A DNA stretch of 40,020 nucleotides. Origin: Eubacteriales bacterium. Lineage in GTDB: Bacteria > Bacillota > Clostridia > Oscillospirales > CAG-272. This document shows positions 8,567 through 17,566 of this stretch, in pieces. Location: assembly GCA_045533755.1 (NCBI GenBank), contig JAZSIJ010000005.1, forward strand, positions 1-40,020. Reading direction: 5' to 3'. The translations under genes were made by a program, and so were the position numbers. The notes below the pieces were generated by a model. It searched no databases and was not told where the DNA came from. It saw only the letters and a program-made list of their open reading frames with translations. Each line of letters begins with the position of its first letter. Position 1 is the first letter of the stretch.

Positions 8567-8611
8567 ATAGGTAGCCGACGGTATCTTTGGGACGTTGTCG
8601 GCTTTTAAAAA

Positions 8612-8863
8612 ATGAATGGCAGTGAAAAAGAAATGAAATTCAAAAGAGCACTCGATTCTATTGTAATCGGGGAGAGACGTGATGTAGTGTGCGTGGGTAT
8701 GACGGGAGAGGTTAGACGGCGATTCTTCGACCTCGGATTTTCCGTCGGAGAGCGCGTAAGGTGCGTTGGTTCAAGTCCGCTCGGAGACCCGATAATGCTT
8801 GTCGTTGGGGGCAAGGTAATTGCGGTGCGCAGACGTGACCTCGCAAAAATATATACGGAGTAG
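8612..8863 (+). CDS. feoA: FeoA family protein
   Basis: 83 aa, SH3-like FeoA pattern (GERVRCVGSSPLGDPIMLVVGGKVIAVRRRDLAKIY). No SD lies before the ATG at 8612, so the in-frame ATG at 8633 (MKFKRALDS...) is an equally plausible start. Confidence 0.8.
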   Translation: MNGSEKEMKFKRALDSIVIGERRDVVCVGMTGEVRRRFFDLGFSVGERVRCVGSSPLGDPIMLVVGGKVIAVRRRDLAKIYTE

Positions 8864-8911
8864 CCGCCGGACAGGGTAATCGGCTATCTTATACTTTCTA
8901 TAAAGGAGGAT

Positions 8912-11005
8912 TTGAGTTTGCGCTGTGCGGGCTTAGAGAAAAAGCACATATCGGGAGAGCGTGCGGTTCGTGTCGTGCTTGCCGGAAATCCCAACGTGGG
9001 CAAAAGCACACTGTTTAACGCCTTGACCGGCGGAAAGCAGCATACGGGAAACTGGGCGGGAAAAACGGTTGACACAGCCGTCGGCGAGGCAACGTTCGGA
9101 GATAAACGCTACGTTCTGTGCGATATTCCGGGTACTTATTCGCTTTTTGCACGGTCAAAGGAGGAGGGGGTTGCGCGCGATTTTATCTGCTTTGGCGGAG
9201 GCGACGTGACCGTCGTGGTAGCCGATGCTACCAGATTCCGCTCGGGAATAAATCTTCTGTTTCAGGTTATGGAGGCTACTGAGAAATGCGTTCTCTGCCT
9301 CAATTTCGCACACGCCGCAGAGCGAGCCGGCGCGAGTATAGATACCGAGAGGCTGGAGGAGCTGCTCGGTATTCCAACCGTGGCTCTTGACGCTCGAAGG
9401 AGACGAGGCCTTGAGGAGCTTTTCGGAGCAATAGACAGAGCTCTCTCGGAGGGCTGCCCGAAGAAGCTCAACATTAAATATCCCGAGCCCTTTGAGCGTG
9501 CTATCGAATACGCCGTGGGAAGACTTGCCGAGCTCGGCTGCGGTGAGCCAAGACGCTTTTACGCTTTGCGGATGCTCGAAAATGACCGCGACCTTTGCCA
9601 AAGCCTTTCCGAGCGTATTGGGAGCGCGGAGATTATAAGCGCTCTTTGCGACGAGCTTCAAGGCTACGCCGCTGAGGCAGGAGGTGATGCGGGCGGTGAC
9701 CCGATAAACGATTCCAGGCGCGCATCAGCCGAGCTTATTTTCAACACGCTCCCCACTCTTTTGCTCGACGAATACCCGAAGCGCGACGAAAAAATAGACA
9801 GAATTCTGACCGGAAAATATACAGCGTTTCCCATTATGGCGCTTCTTTTGGCGCTTGTTTTGTGGATAACCGTTTCGCTCGCAAACTATCCGTCCGGGTG
9901 GCTTGCCTCCTTGTTTGAGTGGATTATAGCGGGTGTTCGGGTGCTTCTTATTCGCGTTTCTGCGCCCGATTGGTGCGTGAGTCTTGTATGCAGCGGTGTG
10001 CTTGGTACTCTTGCGAACGTGATTTCGGTAATGCTTCCGCCTATGGCAATATTCTTCCCATTTTTCACGATACTTGAGGATTCGGGATATCTGCCGAGAA
10101 TTGCCTGCAACCTTGACCGTCCGCTCTGCCGAGCAGGCGCTTGCGGAAAGCAGGCGCTTACCATGTGTATGGGACTCGGCTGTAATGCTGTCGGCGTTAT
10201 GGGATGTCGGATAATTGACTCCCCGCGTGAGCGGTTTGCCGCTATACTTACCAACTCGCTTATGCCCTGCAACGGAAGATTTCCTACCATAATACTTCTC
10301 GCGGGAATATTCTTTGCCTCGGGTGTCGGAGGACTCCTCGGTGGTGCGATTGTTGCTCTTGTCTTAACCGCAACGGTAATTTTAGGTGTTCTTCTTACGC
10401 TGATTTTAACACGGGTACTTACTTCTACGCTTCTTCGCGGAGAAGCCTCCTTCTTCACCATAGAGATGCCGCCATATCGCAGACCCGATTTTCTCGGCGT
10501 TCTGGTGCGCTCGCTTCTTGACAGAACTCTGGCGGTTCTTTGGCGTGCGGTAAAGGTAGCCGCACCTGCGGGGCTCGTTATATGGCTGCTTGCAAACCTT
10601 TCCTTTGGCGGCGCTACCGTTCTTTCGGCTATCACGAGCGCCCTTGACCCCATTGGCAGATTTCTCGGAATGGACGGAACTGTTCTTGCCGCTTTCATAC
10701 TCGGCATACCTGCAAACGAGATAGTTATTCCTATCGCTCTTATGGCATACGCCGCGGAGGGTAGCCTTACGGAGATGAGCGTCGCGGCAACCCGTGAGCT
10801 TCTCATAGCTAACGGCTGGAGTATATGGACTGCGGTGTCGGTTATAATTTTCTCGCTTTGCCATTTTCCATGCGCCACGACGCTTCTCACAATAAAGCGC
10901 GAAACGGGAAAGCTTCGATATGCCGTTCTTGCCTTTCTTCTTCCGACGGCACTCGGCGTGACGCTTTGCGCACTTATCAATTTACTCGTAGGCGCTTTTT
11001 CATAG
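8912..11005 (+). CDS. feoB: Ferrous iron transporter FeoB
   Basis: 697 aa. N-terminal G domain (GNPNVGKST, DIPGTYS) followed by a polytopic membrane domain. TTG at 8912 sits 1 nt after AAGGAGGA, so the in-frame TTG at 8918 has better spacing and may be the real start. Confidence 0.93.
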   Translation: MSLRCAGLEKKHISGERAVRVVLAGNPNVGKSTLFNALTGGKQHTGNWAGKTVDTAVGEATFGDKRYVLCDIPGTYSLFARSKEEGVARDFICFGGGDVTVVVADATRFRSGINLLFQVMEATEKCVLCLNFAHAAERAGASIDTERLEELLGIPTVALDARRRRGLEELFGAIDRALSEGCPKKLNIKYPEPFERAIEYAVGRLAELGCGEPRRFYALRMLENDRDLCQSLSERIGSAEIISALCDELQGYAAEAGGDAGGDPINDSRRASAELIFNTLPTLLLDEYPKRDEKIDRILTGKYTAFPIMALLLALVLWITVSLANYPSGWLASLFEWIIAGVRVLLIRVSAPDWCVSLVCSGVLGTLANVISVMLPPMAIFFPFFTILEDSGYLPRIACNLDRPLCRAGACGKQALTMCMGLGCNAVGVMGCRIIDSPRERFAAILTNSLMPCNGRFPTIILLAGIFFASGVGGLLGGAIVALVLTATVILGVLLTLILTRVLTSTLLRGEASFFTIEMPPYRRPDFLGVLVRSLLDRTLAVLWRAVKVAAPAGLVIWLLANLSFGGATVLSAITSALDPIGRFLGMDGTVLAAFILGIPANEIVIPIALMAYAAEGSLTEMSVAATRELLIANGWSIWTAVSVIIFSLCHFPCATTLLTIKRETGKLRYAVLAFLLPTALGVTLCALINLLVGAFS

Positions 11006-11041
11006 AAAAAGGGGTGAGCCGTATGTGGCTCACCCCTTAAA
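11006..11041. terminator. Terminator between convergent feoB (+) and 11054..11917 (-)
   Basis: 10-bp GC-rich stem ggggtgagcc (11011..11020) / ggctcacccc (11027..11036). The left flank aaaaa gives a U-run for the minus-strand transcript; the U-run on the plus strand is weaker. Confidence 0.8.
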
Positions 11042-11053
11042 ATGCTATTAGAA

Positions 11054-11917
11054 TCAATCAAGCTCGCTGTTTCGGATAATTCCAAGTCCGACGCCGAGAG
11101 AATCGCCGCTCTTAATGAGCTCTACGGCCGCGCGCTCAAGGCTGTTTTGCGGCTCGATTTCCGCGAGCAGCTCGGGAGAGTAGTTGCGGTAGAATATTCT
11201 CCAGAAATTCTTGTTGGTTGCCTCTCCGCGATTATCATATATATCGAAAAGGGCGGCAAACTTCTTTATGTTTGACCTGTCGGGCAGCCTTTCGGTCAGA
11301 GGTGTGTAGAGAAGCCACGAGGAGCAGGCAAGTGGAACGTCGCCACCTTCGAAATCCTTCTTATACCAATCTCGCGCCATGCGGAGTGATTCGCGCACGT
11401 CATCAATATTAAGGGGGCCTGACGAGGGGATATGAATATATATCACGGTGTCGCCTGCCTTCAGCTTCTCTCCGCAAGGCAGATTGAGCGTTCCCTTGTT
11501 GTATTGAAGCCTGCCGAGCGCAAAGCGGTCGAGCGTGAAGAAGAGCTTGAACCAGCTTTCTACATTAGTGCCCCAAATACCCGTGAGGTTCTTGTATTCG
11601 AGAAGCTTAGTACGCAGGTCGTACATAGAGTCGTACCAGACCTTATCGGAAAGCCCCTTTTGTTTGTAAAGGCTGCGGAGAGCGTCTGCGGCGCTGAGGA
11701 GGACGAGCATTGACACGGTGTGGTTGTGGATACCCGTTTTCTCGGCAATTTCGTTAATGTGCGCTATGAAATCGCCCTCCTTGACAAAAAGAGCAACGTG
11801 TGCCGAATAGAACGCGTCATTTGCCTCTGCACAGGCTGTGAGACGTGTATATTGCTCTGCAAGATATTCGATAGCCTCTACGGGAAAATCAAGCTCTGTC
11901 ATTATGGGCTTTATCAT
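11054..11917 (-). CDS. Conserved protein of unknown function (possibly the Firmicute acyltransferase-domain / GNAT-like family; not verifiable by eye)
   Basis: 287-aa ORF with ordinary soluble composition and codon style like its neighbours. It sits 67 nt downstream of, and co-directional with, the AraC gene, and is followed by a terminator. I can point to no catalytic motif with confidence. Confidence 0.6.
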   Translation of the reverse strand: MIKPIMTELDFPVEAIEYLAEQYTRLTACAEANDAFYSAHVALFVKEGDFIAHINEIAEKTGIHNHTVSMLVLLSAADALRSLYKQKGLSDKVWYDSMYDLRTKLLEYKNLTGIWGTNVESWFKLFFTLDRFALGRLQYNKGTLNLPCGEKLKAGDTVIYIHIPSSGPLNIDDVRESLRMARDWYKKDFEGGDVPLACSSWLLYTPLTERLPDRSNIKKFAALFDIYDNRGEATNKNFWRIFYRNYSPELLAEIEPQNSLERAAVELIKSGDSLGVGLGIIRNSELD

Positions 11918-11984
11918 AGCAAAAGTTACCTTTCAAATTTGTTTTATATAGGCGCTTCAATTATATCAAACCGATGTGCCGTTG

Positions 11985-13004
11985 TCAACCCTTATGGGTT
12001 ACTTTTTTGCTTTTTCTTACCGAAAGCGGCGTTGTGCCGAAGCGTTTCTTGAATTCACGGTGAAAATAGGAGGCGTTTTCGTATCCTACGCTTGAGATTA
12101 TCTCGTTTATCGGCATAGAGCTCTCCAAAAGAAGAGTCATAGCGCAGCGCATTCGCTCGTCTATCAGGATTGCCTTAAAGCTCTTTCCGAAAAGCTCAAG
12201 GACAAGCCGTGAAAGATAGGGCGGAGAAAGATAAAGCTTTCCCGCAAGCTCTGTGAGCGAGGCTGTTTTGTAGCTATTCTTCAGGTAGGCGGAAATTATC
12301 TTTTTTCTCTTGCTCTCAACGGTTTCGGGAATGCTTGCACCTATCAGAAGCGAGTCGCTTTCAGCCGACAAATAGCGGAGAAGAAGAGCGAGAGTGCGCG
12401 TTATAATATCAATGTCAGCGCGCTCGTCTGTAAGCTCGAAGATGATGTTCTCGGTCAAATTTTCTATCTGCTTTTTACCGCCGGTCTGAAAGTGAAGATA
12501 CATAGCTCCGCCCGAGGGGCGCGAGCTTTCCTTTATGAAGCTTGAAAAAACCGACTCGCCAAGCATTGGCAGAACAGTCCCGATAAAGCCGTCGGAAAGA
12601 ATGAGGTTAACGCCTATATCATTCTCGCCGGCAAGGTCAACAGAGTGCGAGATGTGCTTGTTGAGAAAGAGGGAGTCCCCCCTTCCGAGCCGTATTTCGC
12701 GTCCGTCTATTCGGTGAGTGATGCTCCCTGCGAGAACTATCATCATTTCTATGTAGTTGTGGCGGTGGCGCGGAAAGGGAGCAAAGCGCGTATGACGGCT
12801 TATGCTCACCTCGCGTGAGCCTATATTTTCGGCTGAAATTATGAAATCGCCGGTGCTTCCGATTTCCCTATATATGTTTTCGCCGCTCAATATACGCTTC
12901 TCGTCCTCGTTTGTTTCGGACAGCTTTTCAAGAAGAAAGCTCTGCATAAATTCCTCCGCAAGAGTATTATGTTCTATTTTATCACGTTTTTTAGGAAAAA
13001 GCAA
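11985..13004 (-). CDS. AraC-family transcriptional regulator (cupin sensor + HTH), likely rhamnose regulator
   Basis: 339 aa. Cupin segment HRHNYIEMMIVLAGSITH. C-terminal AraC double HTH (LSPPYLSRLV..., GYENASYFHREFKKRFG). Divergent from rhaBA. Confidence 0.85.
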   Translation of the reverse strand: MLFPKKRDKIEHNTLAEEFMQSFLLEKLSETNEDEKRILSGENIYREIGSTGDFIISAENIGSREVSISRHTRFAPFPRHRHNYIEMMIVLAGSITHRIDGREIRLGRGDSLFLNKHISHSVDLAGENDIGVNLILSDGFIGTVLPMLGESVFSSFIKESSRPSGGAMYLHFQTGGKKQIENLTENIIFELTDERADIDIITRTLALLLRYLSAESDSLLIGASIPETVESKRKKIISAYLKNSYKTASLTELAGKLYLSPPYLSRLVLELFGKSFKAILIDERMRCAMTLLLESSMPINEIISSVGYENASYFHREFKKRFGTTPLSVRKSKKVTHKG

Positions 13005-13047
13005 TAATAATATTAAAAAAAGACACTTTTTACAGTAATTTTCAACC

Positions 13048-13076
13048 TTGCATGTATAAAGAATATGTGATATTAT
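13048..13076 (+). promoter_or_regulatory. Candidate rhaBA promoter
   Basis: TTGCAT (13048..13053), 17-nt spacer ending in TGa, TATTAT (13071..13076). Confidence 0.55.
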
Positions 13077-13080
13077 AGAA

Positions 13081-13097
13081 TTGTAATAAAATTACAA
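13081..13097. promoter_or_regulatory. Perfect palindrome between the rhaB -10 box and RBS (candidate operator)
   Basis: ttgtaat aaa attacaa. The arms TGTAA/TTACA resemble LacI/CcpA-type half sites, but the central CG of a canonical cre is absent. Confidence 0.4.
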
Positions 13098-13112
13098 ACA
13101 AGGAGATAGGCT

Positions 13113-14435
13113 ATGAATTGTTATCTTGCGGTTGATATTGGTGCGTCAAGCGGCAGACACATAGTCGGCTGGATTGAGAACGGAGAGGTTCAAACCGAGG
13201 AGATATACCGCTTCCCCAACGGTATGGACGAGGTAGACGGACATCTAGTGTGGGACACCGAAAGGCTTGTGCGCGAGGTTAAGGCAGGACTTCGTGCGTC
13301 GCTCGAAAAGTATCCCAATATAGTAAGCATGTCGGTTGATACATGGGGCGTTGATTACGTTCTTCTTCGCGGTGAGGAGGAGGTCATGCCCGCATATGCA
13401 TACAGAGATTCACGCACCGACGAGTCTATCCCCGAGGTGCATAAGATAATTCCCTTCGAGGAGCTGTATTCAAGGACGGGAATTCAGTTCAATAAATTCA
13501 ACACGGTATACCAGCTTTACCACGATAAGATGGCAGGCAGACTTGAGGGGGTGACCGACTTCCTTATGATGCCCGAGTACATTATGTATAAGCTCACCGG
13601 CGTTAAGAAAAAGGAATTTACGAATCTCACGACGGGAGCGCTCGTTAATGCCGAAACGCTTGAATACGACGGTGAAATAGTAAGAAGGCTCGGACTTCCC
13701 GAGTGCTTCATCACAGAAATTTCGCAGCCCGGCGACCTTATAGGCAGACTTTCGCCAGATGTTGAGGCTGAGGTAGGCGGAAATCTTGACGTGGTATTCT
13801 GCGCAACTCACGACACGGGCAGTGCGGTTGAGGCGATAACGATGGAGAATGACTCTCCCTACATATCCTCGGGCACATGGTCGCTCCTCGGTGTAAAGAC
13901 TCCGAAGCCTATAACCGATGAAAAGAGCAGAGCTTCTGGATATTCCAACGAGGGCGGAGTAGGCTACAACCGCTATCAGATAAACATCACGGGTATGTGG
14001 ATAATACAGAGCCTCAGAGCAGAGCTTTGCCCCGACACCTCCTATGCTGATATTGCCGCTATGGCGAGCGAGAGTAACTTCTCGGGCATATTCAACGTAA
14101 ACGACGAGGCGTTTCTCGCGCCGAAGAGCATGAAGGCTGCTATTCACGATTACTTTGCCGCACGCGGCGAGAGCACGCCGGGCTCTGCGGCGGATTACTT
14201 CAACAGCGCTTACGTAAGCCTTGGATATTGCTACAACGAGGCTATACGTGACCTTGAGAACAACACCGGCAGAACCTATCCCGACATCTACATCGTCGGC
14301 GGCGGTGCTAAAAACGGCTACCTTAACTCTATAACCGAGAAATACACCGGAAAGAGAGTTATCGCGCTTCCCATCGAGGCTACTGCAATAGGAAATCTTA
14401 AAATACAAATGAAAAGAAACGGAGAAAAGGCATGA
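13113..14435 (+). CDS. rhaB: Rhamnulokinase (FGGY family)
   Basis: 440 aa. N-terminal FGGY motif [12 protein letters not shown]. Translationally coupled (ATGA overlap) to rhamnose isomerase. Confidence 0.85.
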   Translation: MNCYLAVDIGASSGRHIVGWIENGEVQTEEIYRFPNGMDEVDGHLVWDTERLVREVKAGLRASLEKYPNIVSMSVDTWGVDYVLLRGEEEVMPAYAYRDSRTDESIPEVHKIIPFEELYSRTGIQFNKFNTVYQLYHDKMAGRLEGVTDFLMMPEYIMYKLTGVKKKEFTNLTTGALVNAETLEYDGEIVRRLGLPECFITEISQPGDLIGRLSPDVEAEVGGNLDVVFCATHDTGSAVEAITMENDSPYISSGTWSLLGVKTPKPITDEKSRASGYSNEGGVGYNRYQINITGMWIIQSLRAELCPDTSYADIAAMASESNFSGIFNVNDEAFLAPKSMKAAIHDYFAARGESTPGSAADYFNSAYVSLGYCYNEAIRDLENNTGRTYPDIYIVGGGAKNGYLNSITEKYTGKRVIALPIEATAIGNLKIQMKRNGEKA

Positions 14436-15679
14436 AAAACTATGAATCTGCAAAGCTCGCCTACGCTAAGTACGGAATAGATACCGAGGCTGCGATAGAG
14501 GCACTGAAAAACACAACGATAGCAATCCACTGCTGGCAGGGTGACGACGTGGTCGGCTTCGACAGTCCCTCAGCGCTTTCGGGCGGAATACAGGCTACCG
14601 GAAACTATCCCGGCAAGGCAAGGAGCTTCGAGGAGCTTTCTATGGATATGGATAAGGCGTTTTCGCTTATCCCCGCTAAAAAAAAGATAAATCTTCACGC
14701 CTGCTACGCGGTATTTGAAGAGGGAGAATGGGTGGACCGCGATGCTATCGAGCCGAAGCATTTTGCAAAGTGGGCCCAGTTTGCAAAGAAGCACGGGGCG
14801 GGAATTGATTTCAACCCTACCTTCTTCTCGCACCCGATGGTAAAGGATAATCTCACGCTTTCCTCTCCTGACGAGGAGGTTCGCAAATTCTGGGTAAAGC
14901 ACGCGATAGCCTGTCTTAAAATATCCGAGTATTTCGCTGCCGAAACAGGAGTTCCCTGTGTTATGAACATCTGGATTCCCGACGGATACAAGGATATTCC
15001 CGCAGACAGAATAGGACCGAGAGCAAGATTCAAAGAATCGCTCGACGAAATACTTGCAACCCCCTACGACAAGGAGAAGGTTTACGTAACTCTCGAGTCG
15101 AAGGTCTTCGGTATCGGTCTTGAGTCCTACACCGTAGGTTCGGCGGAGTTCTGCCTCTCCTACTCCATAGCAAACGGCATCACTCCTCTTATGGATAACG
15201 GTCACTACCATCCCACCGAGGTCGTTTCGGATAAGATATCCTCGCTTCTTCTCTTCAGCGACAAGATTGCCCTTCATGTAACCCGTGCTGTAAGATGGGA
15301 CTCCGATCACGTCGTAATATACGATGACGAAACGCGCGAGATAGCAAAGGAAATAGTAAGAAACGACGCGCTTGACAGAGTATTTATTGCTCTCGATTAC
15401 TTCGATGCCTCGATAAACAGAATTGCGGCTTGGGCGATAGGCGCGAGAAACATGGCAAAGGCGCTTCTCTTTGCCCTTCTTCAGCCCTCGGATATGCTGC
15501 GCGAGCTTCAGGACAAGAGCGATTACACAAAGGTTCTCGCTATCAGCGAGGAGCTTAAGACTCTCCCCCTTGGCGACGTTTGGGACGAATACTGCGAAAG
15601 ATGCGGCGTTCCCGTCGGTATGGATTGGGTTAAAGAGGTTGACGCTTACGAGGCAAGCGTTCTCGCAAAGAGAGCTTAA
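14432..15679 (+). CDS. rhaA: L-rhamnose isomerase
   Basis: 415 aa. RhaA-type N-terminus ([10 protein letters not shown]) and the length and layout typical of the family. Confidence 0.9.
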   Translation: MKNYESAKLAYAKYGIDTEAAIEALKNTTIAIHCWQGDDVVGFDSPSALSGGIQATGNYPGKARSFEELSMDMDKAFSLIPAKKKINLHACYAVFEEGEWVDRDAIEPKHFAKWAQFAKKHGAGIDFNPTFFSHPMVKDNLTLSSPDEEVRKFWVKHAIACLKISEYFAAETGVPCVMNIWIPDGYKDIPADRIGPRARFKESLDEILATPYDKEKVYVTLESKVFGIGLESYTVGSAEFCLSYSIANGITPLMDNGHYHPTEVVSDKISSLLLFSDKIALHVTRAVRWDSDHVVIYDDETREIAKEIVRNDALDRVFIALDYFDASINRIAAWAIGARNMAKALLFALLQPSDMLRELQDKSDYTKVLAISEELKTLPLGDVWDEYCERCGVPVGMDWVKEVDAYEASVLAKRA

Positions 15680-15693
15680 CACTATCGTATAAG

Positions 15694-15716
15694 GAGAGGG
15701 CAAATGCCCTCTCTTT
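15694..15716 (+). terminator. Intrinsic terminator after rhaA
   Basis: gagagggc (15694..15701) pairs with gccctctc (15706..15713), loop aaat, followed by ttta. Confidence 0.65.
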
Positions 15717-15802
15717 ATTATAGAAAAAGTCTGTTCAAACGCCGTATTTTCGGTGAAAATCGGTGACATTTTAAAATATTTTGAAAAAATTTCAAAAACA
15801 TA

Positions 15803-15831
15803 TTGCTTTTTTTTTCGTTTTGTGATAGAAT
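15803..15831 (+). promoter_or_regulatory. Candidate secG promoter
   Basis: TTGCTT (15803..15808), 17-nt T-rich spacer ending in TGa, TAGAAT (15826..15831). Confidence 0.55.
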
Positions 15832-15904
15832 ACCTTTATGATTTATGATGCGTTAGTAGCGCAATAATATAATTCGAATATTTCGCTGATGAAAGGATAA
15901 ATAA

Positions 15905-16204
15905 ATGGAGTACGTTCTTCTTGCAATATTGCTTGTATGTGCAATAGTTATCGTCGTTGCCGTTATCTTCCAGAAGAGTGGAGAGAAGGGCCTTTCGGGT
16001 ACTATCGCAGGTAATTCCGAAACCTATTACGGTAAGGATAAGACGGGTGGCAGAGATAAGATGCTCTTTAAGTGGACTCTTATTGCATCTATCGTTTTTG
16101 CCGTTGCGGTTGTGGTAGTGTACGTTATTCAGCCCGATTATACCAAGGGCTACGACGTTGACGCTTGGCAGACGCTTTCGCAGTTCGCAAGCATCTTTGA
16201 ATAA
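15905..16204 (+). CDS. secG: Preprotein translocase subunit SecG
   Basis: 99 aa. Two TM helices separated by the Gly-rich loop KSGEKGLSGTIAGNSETYYG typical of SecG. The C-terminus is longer than usual. Confidence 0.75.
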   Translation: MEYVLLAILLVCAIVIVVAVIFQKSGEKGLSGTIAGNSETYYGKDKTGGRDKMLFKWTLIASIVFAVAVVVVYVIQPDYTKGYDVDAWQTLSQFASIFE

Positions 16205-16206
16205 TC

Positions 16207-16245
16207 AAAATCAACTGCCGTGTATTGCACGGCAGTTGATTTTTT
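16207..16245 (+). terminator. Strong intrinsic terminator after secG
   Basis: About 16-bp stem aaaatcaactgccgtg / cacggcagttgatttt, followed by ttttt. Confidence 0.9.
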
Positions 16246-16261
16246 AGAAGGGAAAAGAGAA

Positions 16262-17059
16262 ATGAAAAAAAGAATAGCCGCACTCGTTATGCTAGACCTT
16301 CTCTTCCTGCTTTTTCTGATAATATCGGGGACGGCATCCGGGGCTTTGCGATGGGGGTTGTATTTTCTTGCATATATACTTCCGATAGGGGCAGGGGTGC
16401 TTTTGCTTCGCAGGCATGGGCTTTTTTGCGTGCCGCCGAGGCTTGTCATAGGAGAAAAAAGGGCGGTTTTTTCGTTGGCGCTTTTCGCCCCTACGATGCT
16501 GGCTGTTATTGCTGTTTCCGCCTTAACAACGCTGGTTCTGTCACTTTTTGGTAAAGTCAACGACGTCGACGTGTCGGGAAACCTGCTTTACGAGCTGCTT
16601 CGTCACGCTCTTCTTCCGGCTCTGCTTGAGGAGCTCCTCTTCAGATATATTCCGATAAAGCTTCTTTTGCCTTATTCCGGGCGAGGCGCTATCGGTGTGT
16701 CGGCTTTGCTTTTTGCATTGATACATGTCAACCTGTTTCAAATCCCCTACGCGCTTTTAGCGGGCGCTATATTTGGATTTCTGACGGTTGCATCGGGCAG
16801 TATTCTTCCTGCGGTGGTTTTGCATTTTCTGAATAATGCGGTGTCGGTTTTATGGATGAGAAATCCGGAAACAGTGCCATACGTTATTTTGCCTCTGCTT
16901 TTGCTTTTATCGGTTCCCTCCGTTCTTTATATTGTAAGGAAGAGGAGAGAATATGCGGCAGAAATAACGCGCGCCACAGGCGGCGAGAGGATAGGCTTTT
17001 CCCCCGAGCTTTGGGTGATGGCGGCGGTTTGCCTTATTATGTCGGTTCTTTCTCTTTGA
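16262..17059 (+). CDS. CPBP-family intramembrane metalloprotease
   Basis: Motifs EELLFRY, FALIH and HFLNN in a polytopic protein. The ORF-track start at 16220 lies inside the secG terminator stem, so ATG 16262 (MKKRIAAL) is preferred. Confidence 0.8.
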   Translation: MKKRIAALVMLDLLFLLFLIISGTASGALRWGLYFLAYILPIGAGVLLLRRHGLFCVPPRLVIGEKRAVFSLALFAPTMLAVIAVSALTTLVLSLFGKVNDVDVSGNLLYELLRHALLPALLEELLFRYIPIKLLLPYSGRGAIGVSALLFALIHVNLFQIPYALLAGAIFGFLTVASGSILPAVVLHFLNNAVSVLWMRNPETVPYVILPLLLLLSVPSVLYIVRKRREYAAEITRATGGERIGFSPELWVMAAVCLIMSVLSL

Positions 17060-17060
17060 G

Positions 17061-17555
17061 GTGATTATGGAAATAAAAAACGATGAATTTTATATGCGTC
17101 GCGCGTTGGAGCTTGCACGCGAGGCTGAGGCAATTGACGAGGTTCCCGTCGGTGCGGTTGCGGTTCGGGACGGGGAAATTGTTGCGGAGGCATATAACAC
17201 ACGTGAGAAGACGAGGTGTGCTACGCATCACGCCGAGGTGCTTTGCATTGAGCGCGCCTGCGCGGCGCTCGGGGGCTGGAGGCTTCCCGGTGTAACGCTC
17301 TACGTCACGATGGAGCCCTGTGCTATGTGCGCGGGTGCAATCATAAATGCGAGGGTTGAGCGGGTTGTGTACGGAGCGCGTGATATACGCTTCGGTGCTT
17401 TTGGCTCACTTATTAACCTTGCAGATCTGCCTCTGAATCACACTCCGGAGGTCGTGGGTGACGTGCTCGGTGAGGAGGCGCGGGAAATTTTAAGCACATA
17501 TTTTCGCAAAAAACGGGAAAAATTAAAAAAAGAGAAGTTAACGCTTCCTGATTGA
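17061..17555 (+). CDS. tadA: tRNA adenosine(34) deaminase
   Basis: 164 aa with CDA zinc motifs HAE and PCAMC. The start is GTG 17061 or ATG 17067. Confidence 0.9.
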   Translation: MIMEIKNDEFYMRRALELAREAEAIDEVPVGAVAVRDGEIVAEAYNTREKTRCATHHAEVLCIERACAALGGWRLPGVTLYVTMEPCAMCAGAIINARVERVVYGARDIRFGAFGSLINLADLPLNHTPEVVGDVLGEEAREILSTYFRKKREKLKKEKLTLPD

Positions 17556-17566
17556 TGCGAGGTAAT

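Noticed and set aside
9886-11085. 399-aa ORF on the minus strand (plus 10406..10864 and 9155..9661)
   Set aside because: It is antisense to feoB. The translation is Arg/Ser/Pro/Ala-rich with no domain signature, whereas the plus frame has clear G-domain and membrane-domain features.
11042-11275. 77-aa plus-strand ORF, with others at 11218..11412 and 11432..11713
   Set aside because: They overlap the better-supported minus-strand gene 11054..11917. The first starts inside the terminator region and has no RBS.
13470-15769. 327-aa and 399-aa minus-strand ORFs (13470..14453, 14570..15769)
   Set aside because: They are antisense to rhaB and rhaA, which have strong family signatures and translational coupling. 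The antisense products have no recognisable features.
15807-15815. T9 homopolymer in the secG promoter spacer as a phase-variation tract
   Set aside because: The tract is short, the gene is housekeeping, and nothing in the context suggests contingency-locus behaviour.
15838-15867. Nine-codon mini-ORF (MIYDALVAQ) starting about 7 nt after the secG -10 box
   Set aside because: It could be a leaderless upstream ORF, but it is very short, has no supporting feature, and such ATGs arise by chance in AT-rich leaders. There is not enough evidence to call it.
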